Shown here in pieces: positions 55,625 through 64,000 of a DNA stretch of 64,000 nucleotides. The DNA is from Lentisphaerota bacterium (GTDB lineage Bacteria; Verrucomicrobiota; Lentisphaeria; Victivallales; Victivallaceae), in NCBI GenBank assembly GCA_015061525.1, contig SUWK01000003.1, forward strand, positions 18,395 through 82,394, given 5' to 3'. A program made the translations under genes and the position numbers. Within the stretch, counting starts at the first letter, position 1, and the number at the start of each line of letters is the position of its first letter. A model generated the notes under the pieces. The model had not been told where the DNA came from. It ran no database searches and worked only from the letters and a program-made list of their open reading frames with translations.

Positions 55625-56641
55625 TTAATTACTCTCCTCTGCATCGGCTCTCACCTTGGCAGCTTCCGCCTCAAGGGCGGCGAGCAACCGGTCGCTGAGA
55701 GTCATTCCCAGCTCCAGACCGTGCTTTTCAATTTTTTCTTTGATCTCATCCAGTGACTTTTTACCGAAGTTGCGGTATTTCAGCATCCGGCTTTCAGTCT
55801 TGTTGCACAGCTCAAACACCAGTTTGATGTTCGCACTGTTGAGGCAGTTCATAGCGCGGACGGAAAGGTCAAGGACTTCCACATCCTGCGACAGCATCTT
55901 GAACTGTTTCTCTTCTTCTTCTGTCAGAACCACGTTCTTTTCCTGAACCTGTGAACCCATGAAGGGCTGCAGATGATCACGCAGGATGCGGGCAGCTTCT
56001 TCCAGCGCGTTGCGCGGGGAGATTCTGCCGTCGGTCCAGATTTCCAGTTCCAGACTGTCCATTTCAGTTTCTTCACCGACACGTGCTGCGCCGACCTGAT
56101 AGTTGACGCGGGTGACGGGAGAAAAGAGGCAGTCGACCGGAATGGTACCGATGGTACGCGGGGCGGTGTTTTCCTCGGCGGGGAGGTAACCGCGGCCGTT
56201 GACCACTTCAATGACGGCGTGGAACTTCTTATCTTTATCCAGCGTGCAGATCAACTGCTCGGGATTCAGCACTTCAACAGTGCTGTCGCAGACGATATCG
56301 GCGGCAGTGACTGCACCGGCTTTGTCTTTGACGATCTCAAGAGTTTTGGGACCTTCGGCGTGGATATTGAGTTTGACGCACTTCAGATTGAGTACGATTT
56401 CGGTGATATCCTCAACAACGTTGTCAAGGGAATCAAATTCATGTTTCGCATTATCGATCCGCACAGATGAGATAGCCGCACCATCGAGAGACGACAGCAG
56501 CACCCGGCGCAAAGAGTTGCCCAGGGTATGACCGAAACCGCGCTGAAGCGGCTGGGCGGTAAACTTTGCATAAGTCGGGGTCTCTGTCGTTTCGTCAACG
56601 ATGAGCGACTTGGGCATCGGGAAACCGATTGATGAACTCAT
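55625..56641 (-). CDS. rpoA: DNA-directed RNA polymerase alpha subunit
   Basis: The start at 56641 has a GGAGGA RBS. Motifs [21 protein letters not shown] and the C-terminal domain [14 protein letters not shown]...[10 protein letters not shown]. Confidence 0.95.
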   Translation of the reverse strand: MSSSIGFPMPKSLIVDETTETPTYAKFTAQPLQRGFGHTLGNSLRRVLLSSLDGAAISSVRIDNAKHEFDSLDNVVEDITEIVLNLKCVKLNIHAEGPKTLEIVKDKAGAVTAADIVCDSTVEVLNPEQLICTLDKDKKFHAVIEVVNGRGYLPAEENTAPRTIGTIPVDCLFSPVTRVNYQVGAARVGEETEMDSLELEIWTDGRISPRNALEEAARILRDHLQPFMGSQVQEKNVVLTEEEEKQFKMLSQDVEVLDLSVRAMNCLNSANIKLVFELCNKTESRMLKYRNFGKKSLDEIKEKIEKHGLELGMTLSDRLLAALEAEAAKVRADAEESN

Positions 56642-56748
56642 AACTCTATCCTCCAAAAATTGCTTGTGCCGCAGCGGACACTTATTCAACTAAACTTGCT
56701 GCATCATCATGCGGCGCGGTTCATAACGGTTGAACCGCACCGTACTCG

Positions 56749-57186
56749 TCAGACGCGGCGGCGTTTCGGGGGACGGCAGCCGTTGTGCGGAACCGGCGTG
56801 GTATCTTTGATCACGCTGATCTCCATACCGGCAGCGGCGATACCGCGGACGGCGGATTCACGACCGGCACCGGGGCCTTTGATGCGGACTTCGACTTCTT
56901 TCATGCCGAGGAGCATCGCTTTTTTGGCGGCATCGCCGGCGATGACCTGAGCGGCATAAGCGGTACTCTTACGGGAGCCCTTGAAGCCGTTTTTACCGCC
57001 GGTGGACCAGCTGATCACATTGCCGTGGAGGTCGGTAAAGGTTACTTTGGTATTGTTGAAGGTAGCCAGAATGTAGGCAATACCACTGGGAATATAGCGA
57101 CCGCTTTTGCTGCGCTGTCTCTGGGCGGGAGCGGTGACTTCCGCCTCCGGAGCGGTGACTTCCGCAACTTTCACTTCTTCAGCCAT
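56749..57186 (-). CDS. rpsK: 30S ribosomal protein S11 (with a short repeat-containing N-terminal extension)
   Basis: [22 protein letters not shown]...[12 protein letters not shown]...[16 protein letters not shown]. Confidence 0.95.
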   Translation of the reverse strand: MAEEVKVAEVTAPEAEVTAPAQRQRSKSGRYIPSGIAYILATFNNTKVTFTDLHGNVISWSTGGKNGFKGSRKSTAYAAQVIAGDAAKKAMLLGMKEVEVRIKGPGAGRESAVRGIAAAGMEISVIKDTTPVPHNGCRPPKRRRV

Positions 57187-57251
57187 TTTTCTATACTTTC
57201 CAAATTGAATTGTTTATTGAACTTTTCTTCTTAACTCAAGCGGCTGACTTA

Positions 57252-57650
57252 TCAGCCTTTTGCAGCCAAACGACGCTGAGTTTTGTCACGGATAGCACCG
57301 ATTGTAACCTTTTTGCCTTTACGGGTACGGGCGTTGGTTTTGGTACGCTGACCGCGGCAGGGCAGATTGCGGCGGTGACGGATGCCGCGATAACAGTTGA
57401 TCTGCTGAAGACGGCGGATGTCAGCGGCAACGGCACGGCGGAGGTCACCTTCGACGAGGAGGTCGTCCTGAAGCATTTTGGTGATGGCAGCGATCTGATC
57501 CTGAGTCAGGTCTTTTGCCATGAGGTCGCGATCGATACCGACTTTTTCGATGATTTCCAACGCTTTAGCCGGACCGATGCCGTAGAGGTAGCGCAGAGAA
57601 TATTCGATGCGCTTGTTTCCGGGGATGTCCACACCAATGATACGGGGCAT
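57252..57650 (-). CDS. rpsM: 30S ribosomal protein S13
   Basis: MPRIIGVDIPGNKRIEYSLRYLYGIG...YRGIRHRRNLPCRGQRTKTNARTRKG. Confidence 0.95.
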   Translation of the reverse strand: MPRIIGVDIPGNKRIEYSLRYLYGIGPAKALEIIEKVGIDRDLMAKDLTQDQIAAITKMLQDDLLVEGDLRRAVAADIRRLQQINCYRGIRHRRNLPCRGQRTKTNARTRKGKKVTIGAIRDKTQRRLAAKG

Positions 57651-57711
57651 GATTTTAATCCTTTATAATTAACCTTTTATGAATGAATGATCCATCCGTT
57701 TCGCCCGGGGT

Positions 57712-57828
57712 TCAGCCCTGGCACTGTTTGTGGCGCGCATCGCGGGAGCAGATGACCCGGATCTTGCCGTTACGTTTGATGATCTGGCAGAATTCGCATC
57801 TGCGTTTCACCGACGCTCTGACTTTCAT
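57712..57828 (-). CDS. rpmJ: 50S ribosomal protein L36 (38 aa; below the ORF-track length cutoff)
   Basis: Hand translation gives [38 protein letters not shown], preceded by an AAGGAGA RBS. Confidence 0.9.
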   Translation of the reverse strand: MKVRASVKRRCEFCQIIKRNGKIRVICSRDARHKQCQG

Positions 57829-58084
57829 TTTACTTTCTCCTTAAGCTCGTTAAAAGTCTTTACTTTTCAGCAACCAGCGTTTCCTTTGCCGTGTTGTTCC
57901 CTGAAACGGGGACACGAAAAAGGCGCGTAACCATCCTTCCCTTCCGTAAACGGTCGGGACGAGGTGACGCTGCACAAACTAAGCTTGTCGTTGTCCTCCG
58001 GAAGCTGCCGGATCAAGTGCGGGCGGTGGAATGATGCCGCACGAAATCTGCAAAATACTTCCAGCGTTGTATATAATTTACACC

Positions 58085-58113
58085 TTTTGCTCTCTTTTTT
58101 CAAGGCTCGGATC
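58085..58113 (-). promoter_or_regulatory. sigma70-like promoter candidate for the rpmJ-rplQ operon
   Basis: Minus strand: TTGAAA, 17-nt spacer, TAAATT. This implies a leader of roughly 250 nt before rpmJ. Confidence 0.4.
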
Positions 58114-58174
58114 AAAAAAATAACGTTTTTTTTGTTTGTGGAATAATTTTTATTGTAAAAATGTTTTTGTATGC

Positions 58175-58202
58175 TTGAAATCTGCCGAAATGGTGTTATA
58201 TT
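58175..58202 (+). promoter_or_regulatory. sigma70-like promoter candidate for the giant-adhesin operon
   Basis: TTGAAA (58175-58180), 16-nt spacer, TATATT (58197-58202). Confidence 0.4.
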
Positions 58203-58283
58203 TTCCTTTAGTGTTTGCTTGTTGAGCTACGCGCGCGTATGCGTATGTACTTTAGGAAAACCCAAAAAAAGGCGGTTCCAAAA

Positions 58284-58616
58284 ATGTCAGAGAACAAAGA
58301 GAAGCTTTACGATTACTGTGAGCCGATGGAAGAGGCGAGTTTTTCCGTTACTCCGTCCGTCGAGTGCAGCAGTGCTGACGCGCTTGATGTTCCGGCGGTT
58401 CCGCTGAATCCGGGACAAACCATCTCTGTTTCTGCAAAAGAGGACTCCCGTTACTGTTGGCTGGCTCCTTCAAGCAGTTATTTTGCTCAAATATTCATTA
58501 CCGCTACGGTCGCCGTCCGCAATGTTTTCCGGCGGGCGCATCGCTTTGTGCGCCGGATGGTGAAAAATATCCCGATGTCACTGGTTATCCGTAAAACTGT
58601 TATTTTGAGGCTATGA
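58284..58616 (+). CDS. hypothetical protein (110 aa)
   Basis: The ATG at 58284 follows AAGGCGG. The stop is in an ATGA overlap with the next ORF. A C-terminal hydrophobic/basic segment is present. Confidence 0.4.
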   Translation: MSENKEKLYDYCEPMEEASFSVTPSVECSSADALDVPAVPLNPGQTISVSAKEDSRYCWLAPSSSYFAQIFITATVAVRNVFRRAHRFVRRMVKNIPMSLVIRKTVILRL

Positions 58617-58816
58617 AAAAAGTGTCTTTTGCTGTAAATTATTCAAAATTAAAAAGATCACTTACGGAATATGGAGCATATCCATACGCCGCAGGTGATC
58701 TTTTTGCTTTTGATGGCAAAAAGCAGCTCCCTTTAAACAATAATATAAATATATGTGTTTCTTATAATTCACCAAAAACAACCAATAACCAACAAAAAGA
58801 AAGGAAATGTTCATGA
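58613..58816 (+). CDS. hypothetical small protein (67 aa), doubtful
   Basis: It has ATGA overlaps at both ends (58613-58616 and 58813-58816). The 3' half is AT-rich and low-complexity. Confidence 0.25.
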   Translation: MKKVSFAVNYSKLKRSLTEYGAYPYAAGDLFAFDGKKQLPLNNNINICVSYNSPKTTNNQQKERKCS

Positions 58817-61800
58817 GCATGTACAAAAACATCTTCGTGAATGAAGACTGGGATGCCGGTTCTTCACAGATCCAGGGGATCAATGGTGAGATCCTCGTTT
58901 TCGGCGAGACAGCATTCAGTTCTGTCGAGCAGGCAATTGCAGCTGTCGGTGACAGCAATGCGATCGTCATCAAAGTCGCCAGCGGCAAATACGACGGTTT
59001 TACCGTGGTTACCGATGGTGTTGCTGCGACCCCTGACAAGGTGATCGCTGTTGACTTCGATGGCGGTGAAATGGTCAGCGCGACCGGAACAGTGTCGGTG
59101 GCTTCTGCCAACTTTGAAATGGGAACCCAGCTTGACATTATCGCTGATCTCAATGCGAACAACGCTGCCAACGGTACTGTTTATGTGCTTGGCGACTCCT
59201 CTGTCGGTGCGGATACCACTATTTTGGTCGGTGCCGGTGTGGCGGACTATGTTGCCGGTGTTGATGCTGCGGCAGTTTACGGCAGTACTGCCTCCGATAT
59301 CGTGACGATGATCACCGGAGTTAATCAGGAGCAGAACATCTCATTGAATTCCGAGGTCGAAAGTAATGCTTCCGCAACGACCATCACGGTGGGTGAAGGC
59401 GGACAATATGCCACATTCGCGGAGGCGATGGCGGCGGTGATGGCAGACTCAACTATCACCCGGATTGAATTGACCAGTGATGTCAATGTCGGTGATCCTG
59501 ATACTGACAATTACTATGACATCAGCCAGGATCTTTCCATCGGTTCGGTTGACGGCGGCAATTTCACTGTCATCAAAAACGGTGCCACGATTGCCATCCG
59601 GGCACAGGATGGTCATACCGTGACTGTTGACGATGATGTGACCGTTGAGGGGCTGGATGTCGTTGCCAACGGTTTTGCCACCAGTAACGACAATCTCTAT
59701 ATCAATGGCGAAATCAGTGCCGTGAGTCTGAAACAGTGGACGAATAACGGTGAGATCGTTGTGGGCGAAACCGGTAAAGTCACCCTCGGCTATGGCGACG
59801 GACAGTTTGACATGGCTTACGGTAACGGCAGTGTGACGGTCAATGGTACGGGCGACAAGACATCTGCCCAGTTCAAGGCCGGTTACTCCGGTACCCGCGG
59901 CAGCGGCAATACGTTGAATTTGAATGACACTTACTTTGAAGCCGGTGCGTGGTTCAACGTCAATGGTTCCAATGGTACGATCAATGCGGATAACTCACTG
60001 CTGAAAGTTTCCGGCGGTGATGGTGCCGGTTCTCTGAACGTCAGCAGTACCGGAAACGTGATCAATATGACGAACGGCAGTGAATTGAACGTTGCCAATA
60101 TCACTCTCGGCGCAGGTAATACGATCGCGATCGAAGATTCCAGTTTGAAATCCACCACTTTGACCAACAACGGTTCTGTCACTGTTGCCGGTGAGAGTAC
60201 TTTGAATGTCGGAACTTTGAGCGGTGAAGAGACCATCGACTTCCTTGACGGTGCAGTTATTAACGATTCCACCGTCGGCGGCGGAGTTTTTGTTGCCGGT
60301 GATGTTACTTTCCGCGGGGACAATACTTTCGGTATGCTTTATGACTACGGCACTTTGACTGATTACTACGGTACTTCTGCCAATATGCAGTGGACAGTTG
60401 AAGCCGGAGCATCTCTGACTTTGACCGATAAAGGCCGTTATGGTCTGGGATACGGCGACAATGTTACCATCAACGGTAATATCGCTGCCGGCGGTGCCGA
60501 TGCTGCCCGTGCAACTTTGAGCGATGATGATGATTCCAATAATGTCAGCTCCAGCTTGTTCATGCACGGTTTGGTTGCGCAGGAGAGCACAGGCTGGGAT
60601 CAGACCAGTTACCTGACGGTGAAAAATGCTTATGTGACCATCGGCAGCAACAACAGTTTCGGTAATAAACCCGGCAATTACGGCGGCAATTATATCATCA
60701 ACTTCAATAATGCCGTTTTGGACAGCAGCCGTATCACTTTCTACGAAGCTCTGTCAACGACCGAGTTCAATTTCAAAGATACCAATGTCAACACCGGTAC
60801 ATTCATGACCAGAGATAAAGATTCTGTCTTTACTTTGGAAAATACCAAACTGGTCAGCAACACCGCTACCAACGGTACTGATGAGGGCAACTACAATGCC
60901 GGTACGCTGAATATCACTGCCGGTTCTGAATTGACCTACACTGCCCAGCTGAAAAACGAAAGCGACGGTGTTGTCAATGTTTCCGACTCATCTCTGACTG
61001 CCAATGGCGGAATTGACAATCAGGGTACGATCAATGTTTCCGGCGGTACACTTTCAGCAACGACGATCACCAACAACAGTGATAACTTCACTGTCAATAA
61101 TGGTACGCTCAAGGCTGATAAATTTGAAAATGATGCCAAAATGTATATTGGCGGAGAAAGTACCATTCAGGTGGAAGATGCTACCGGTTCCGGTTACGCT
61201 ATCCGCGTAAATGACGGTGCTGTTTTGAATGATTCTTATATCAAAGCCGGAGACAATGCCACAACCCGTTTCCTGGGAAGTGTCACTCTCAATGGCGGAT
61301 TCAGCACTGCATATTTCGAAACAAAGCCTTCTGAAGCAGGAGAAGAAGCCGCTGCAGCTGAGCATACGCTTACTATTGAAGACGGTACCGTAGTCAATGT
61401 TTCTTACGGTGCTGATTTCAAGGGAAATTATACGATCAGCGGTGGCACGATTGTTCTTTCCGGCGGAAATGCTTCAGGTAGTACTTGGGGTTTTGTATTC
61501 CAGAATGGTACATTCGATATTGACACAGATATCGTGGTCGATGGCATGGTCAACGGAAGTGCTGTTGCTACACCGATCCACTTTACCAATGTTAACGCGA
61601 CAGTCCATTCTGACATTACTCACAAAAACAGCGGCGGCGAAGTTATTTACATCAGCAATAGTTCTGTGGAAATGGTTGACGGCAGTACCTGGACTGCAAA
61701 TGCCGGAGTGCATGTCAATGGTACTTCTTCACTGTCTGTTGTTGACAGCTCCATCGTTGCCGGCTCTGTTGTGGTTGCCTCCACAGCCTCACTTTCTCTG

Positions 61801-64000
61801 ACGGTCACGGATGAAAAACTTTCTTCACTTGGTGCAGATGCTTATGTGATGATCAATCAGACCGGTAACGGTTCTGCGTTGGATCTCAGCGTTTCCTACA
61901 ATGGAACTGCTTACGCCATCGGTGAAAGTTTCAAAGTCGGTGATGTCGTTTACACTGTTACCAATGGTGACGGTAATGATATCGCTATTCAGGCGGAATC
62001 TGCAACAGTGGTCATTGATTCCACTCTCACGACCAACGGTTTTGATAAATTTGCCCAGGCCGGTGAGTTCTTTGAACTGCACGATTCTTACGAAGAACGC
62101 ATTCAGAATGTCCCCGAAATGATCGTGGTCAACGGAACCAATACGCTGGATACTGACAAATCCAAATACTTTGTCTATACGGATAGCGACCTGAGCATTT
62201 CCGGCGGCACTCTCGATGTGAGCAATGCCGGAAGATTCTACTTCATGGATACGGTCGCGCCCAATGGTACGGCTGCGGCTGATGCCGATTTGAGCAATAT
62301 CGCCACGATCACTATCGAAGAAGGTGCCACTCTCAAAGGTTACATCAACCTCGGTCAGGCGATCGACAACAGCGATGTCGAAAACGGCAATGTCACCCGT
62401 GACGGCGGCGCGATCAATCTGGTGGTCGATGGAACTCTTGATCATAAAAATCTGTATGTGGCAAGCGGTTCGACCCTGACCGTTTCTGAAACCGGTAAAG
62501 TCACCCACTACGGCAGCGGCGGCGATAACCATATCCGCGCCAATGCCAAAGTGGTGGTCAACGGTACCGGTAAAGATGGCGATGTGCAGTTCACCAGCGA
62601 CTGGTGGAGTATCCGCGGCGGCGAAATGGAATTCAACAACACCAACGCCAAAACCGGTACTCTGCGGCTGAATGCGGATAATGACAACGCGCTGATCACT
62701 GGCGACAGCACCGCTTCACTGACGGTGAATAATTCCAGACTTGATGCTTATGCCATCGAGATCGACAACGCGGATTCTTCATTCACCGCCAAAGATTCGA
62801 TCATCGAAACCACCTTGCTGGAAAACTACGGTGATATATCCATCAATGATTCGACCCTGACAGCTAACAGTGTCAAAAACTACGGCTCACGGACTGAATT
62901 GAACAACATCGATCTCAATGTAAAGAATTTTGTCAACGGCAATGGCAATGGAGATGCCTACGCCATTATTGGCGGAATCAGTAAAGTCCAGATCGATAAC
63001 CTTTCCGGTTACTATGCTCTGCGTCTTGCTGATGATACCACCCTCAAAGGCGGGACTTCCATCAAAGGAACTACTTCTGTCAGAGCTTTGGGTGATGTCA
63101 CTTTCGGTGAGGCTGAAACTGATTTCGTCCATATCGACAGTTTTGACAACAATAATGCTGCTGGCAATACCATTACAGTTAACGGTACTTTGAGTATTTC
63201 TGAAACTGGAAAAGGTTTTTCGACCTACTGGCTGGGTATCAACGGCGGTGATAATGCGACGACATTGACTGGTAACGGTACGATCAACTCCAATACTGCT
63301 ACGATTTTCCAATACGGCAAGATCGTTCTGGATGAAGGTGTGACGGTCAATGTTACCGATCAGTATGCTGCTGATCTGCGTTTCACCCTTACGGATATGA
63401 CGGTCAACGGTGTGATCAACGGAATCGGAAACAACAACAAGTTGTCTGCATTGCAGTCTGCCAATGTCACTGTCAGCGGCGAAAATGCTGCGTTGACCCT
63501 TGACAGCTATTTGCTGGTCGGTTATAATACCTACAAAGGTAATAACGACACGACCAATGCCTATAAGAGTACGCTGACCATTGAAAACGGTGCGACTTTT
63601 GAGGCAACTGATGTTTACATCAACCTCGACAGCAAAGTCAGTGTCGATGATGCTTCCTCCTTCTCTGCTGCGAATGTTATCAACTATGGTAAATTCAACA
63701 GCGATGTGAATGGTCAGGCAGTGATCGGCAGTGAGATCAATGTTACCGGCAACTTTGCCACCAGCGATCTGGTCATCAATGCCGGTGGTTCACTGACCGC
63801 TGGCAGCATTACGGTCGACAACCTGACGCTTGCCATCGGCAGCAATCTGACGCTGACCGGCAGCGGTTCCAGCGTGAGTGCCGACTTTGTCACCGTCACC
63901 GGAACGATCTCCAGTGCCGAGTATGGTTTGGTGCTTCAGGGCTGGACCGGCGATCTGCTTGGCAAAGAGATCCGTTTTGATGCCAACGGCGACGGTACGA
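58813..64000 (+). CDS. giant repetitive beta-helix-like surface protein/adhesin, partial (continues beyond the window end)
   Basis: I read the frame codon by codon from 58801 to 63999 and saw no stop. Candidate ATGs are at 58807, 58813 and 58819; the GAAAGGAA RBS favours 58813. The sequence is rich in Gly/Asn/Thr/Val and has no Sec signal. It is absent from the ORF track because no stop lies in the window. Confidence 0.85.
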   Translation, partial: MSMYKNIFVNEDWDAGSSQIQGINGEILVFGETAFSSVEQAIAAVGDSNAIVIKVASGKYDGFTVVTDGVAATPDKVIAVDFDGGEMVSATGTVSVASANFEMGTQLDIIADLNANNAANGTVYVLGDSSVGADTTILVGAGVADYVAGVDAAAVYGSTASDIVTMITGVNQEQNISLNSEVESNASATTITVGEGGQYATFAEAMAAVMADSTITRIELTSDVNVGDPDTDNYYDISQDLSIGSVDGGNFTVIKNGATIAIRAQDGHTVTVDDDVTVEGLDVVANGFATSNDNLYINGEISAVSLKQWTNNGEIVVGETGKVTLGYGDGQFDMAYGNGSVTVNGTGDKTSAQFKAGYSGTRGSGNTLNLNDTYFEAGAWFNVNGSNGTINADNSLLKVSGGDGAGSLNVSSTGNVINMTNGSELNVANITLGAGNTIAIEDSSLKSTTLTNNGSVTVAGESTLNVGTLSGEETIDFLDGAVINDSTVGGGVFVAGDVTFRGDNTFGMLYDYGTLTDYYGTSANMQWTVEAGASLTLTDKGRYGLGYGDNVTINGNIAAGGADAARATLSDDDDSNNVSSSLFMHGLVAQESTGWDQTSYLTVKNAYVTIGSNNSFGNKPGNYGGNYIINFNNAVLDSSRITFYEALSTTEFNFKDTNVNTGTFMTRDKDSVFTLENTKLVSNTATNGTDEGNYNAGTLNITAGSELTYTAQLKNESDGVVNVSDSSLTANGGIDNQGTINVSGGTLSATTITNNSDNFTVNNGTLKADKFENDAKMYIGGESTIQVEDATGSGYAIRVNDGAVLNDSYIKAGDNATTRFLGSVTLNGGFSTAYFETKPSEAGEEAAAAEHTLTIEDGTVVNVSYGADFKGNYTISGGTIVLSGGNASGSTWGFVFQNGTFDIDTDIVVDGMVNGSAVATPIHFTNVNATVHSDITHKNSGGEVIYISNSSVEMVDGSTWTANAGVHVNGTSSLSVVDSSIVAGSVVVASTASLSLTVTDEKLSSLGADAYVMINQTGNGSALDLSVSYNGTAYAIGESFKVGDVVYTVTNGDGNDIAIQAESATVVIDSTLTTNGFDKFAQAGEFFELHDSYEERIQNVPEMIVVNGTNTLDTDKSKYFVYTDSDLSISGGTLDVSNAGRFYFMDTVAPNGTAAADADLSNIATITIEEGATLKGYINLGQAIDNSDVENGNVTRDGGAINLVVDGTLDHKNLYVASGSTLTVSETGKVTHYGSGGDNHIRANAKVVVNGTGKDGDVQFTSDWWSIRGGEMEFNNTNAKTGTLRLNADNDNALITGDSTASLTVNNSRLDAYAIEIDNADSSFTAKDSIIETTLLENYGDISINDSTLTANSVKNYGSRTELNNIDLNVKNFVNGNGNGDAYAIIGGISKVQIDNLSGYYALRLADDTTLKGGTSIKGTTSVRALGDVTFGEAETDFVHIDSFDNNNAAGNTITVNGTLSISETGKGFSTYWLGINGGDNATTLTGNGTINSNTATIFQYGKIVLDEGVTVNVTDQYAADLRFTLTDMTVNGVINGIGNNNKLSALQSANVTVSGENAALTLDSYLLVGYNTYKGNNDTTNAYKSTLTIENGATFEATDVYINLDSKVSVDDASSFSAANVINYGKFNSDVNGQAVIGSEINVTGNFATSDLVINAGGSLTAGSITVDNLTLAIGSNLTLTGSGSSVSADFVTVTGTISSAEYGLVLQGWTGDLLGKEIRFDANGDGT

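Noticed and set aside
57100-57186. Duplicated GCGGTGACTTCCGC motif giving an [14 protein letters not shown]-terminal extension on ribosomal protein S11
   Set aside because: It is a short low-complexity N-terminal extension, which is common in ribosomal proteins of some lineages. Nothing suggests function beyond that.
57830-58080. SRP RNA, 6S RNA or another housekeeping RNA hidden upstream of rpmJ (CCGGAAG and CGGAAGG strings caught my eye)
   Set aside because: Neither strand shows the conserved SRP domain IV context (GGUCCGGAAGGAAGCAGCC-like with a closing helix). There is no RNase P P4 string (GAGGAAAGUCC) and no tmRNA tag or tRNA-like end. I treat the region as an mRNA leader instead.
57867-58115. 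82-aa minus-strand ORF in the rpmJ leader
   Set aside because: It starts inside the predicted promoter, has no RBS, and its Cys/Arg-rich sequence has no recognisable features.
58613-58816. The 67-aa ORF as a confident gene
   Set aside because: Its second half is AT-rich, Asn/Lys low complexity and looks like an intergenic region. It is kept only as a low-confidence feature because of the ATGA junctions at both ends.
1-64000. tRNA, rRNA, CRISPR arrays, transposases, integrases and IS inverted repeats
   Set aside because: I scanned by eye for T-loop strings (GGTTCGAATCC and similar, on both strands), rRNA-like conserved blocks, spaced direct repeats and DDE or tyrosine-recombinase motifs, and found none. 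A proper tRNAscan/Infernal/ISfinder run could still overturn this.

Overview
The window is about 64 kb of bacterial chromosome. It looks like a PVC-superphylum organism (Lentisphaerota/Victivallales-like). That is an inference from two DUF1559 prepilin-type proteins, giant signal-less beta-helix adhesins and a SecDF fusion; no rRNA or tRNA is present to confirm it. Layout, left to right:

(1) 1-8.3 kb: minus-strand accessory block that looks like a remnant of a phage/ICE-like element. It holds secreted and glycine-zipper proteins, DUF932, a Cas4-like PD-(D/E)XK nuclease, a sliding-clamp homologue, two membrane proteins and a hipBA toxin-antitoxin pair. No integrase is in the window.

(2) 8.5-9.0 kb: unassigned non-coding stretch with two intrinsic terminators and a G8 tract. 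It is followed by small membrane genes and a QueD-like gene with a zinc ribbon.

(3) 10.6-17.3 kb: six-gene minus-strand operon of lipoproteins and secreted proteins of unknown function.

(4) 17.8-32.4 kb: plus-strand type I secretion locus. It encodes an ABC exporter with two C39-like domains, a HlyD with a zinc-ribbon insert, a TolC-like lipoprotein with a Pro/Ala/Lys repeat tail and a 1510-aa DUF4347/YDG adhesin. Three further translationally coupled membrane-fusion-like genes follow, including a GAF-like fusion and a PqqD-like/M50-protease fusion. This triad is my best candidate for an undescribed system.

(5) 32.5-39.1 kb: housekeeping genes uxaE-like, yajC, secDF, ybaB, a DUF362 ferredoxin gene and queC.

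(6) 39.2-48.0 kb: glycan-utilisation-like operon next to a divergently transcribed AraC-family regulator gene, with a DUF1559 pseudopilin gene coupled to a CBM-bearing protein gene.

(7) 48.0-50.8 kb: CE7 esterase and M42 peptidase genes.

(8) 50.9-52.7 kb: compact cobalamin riboswitch upstream of a DUF1559 gene and a BtuF-like gene.

(9) 52.7-57.8 kb: pepD and a detached rpmJ-rpsM-rpsK-rpoA-rplQ operon with a long leader.

(10) 58.8 kb to the window end: giant open-ended adhesin-like ORF of more than 1729 codons. It is absent from the supplied ORF track because it has no stop in the window.

All functional calls rest on motif-level recognition by eye; no searches were run.
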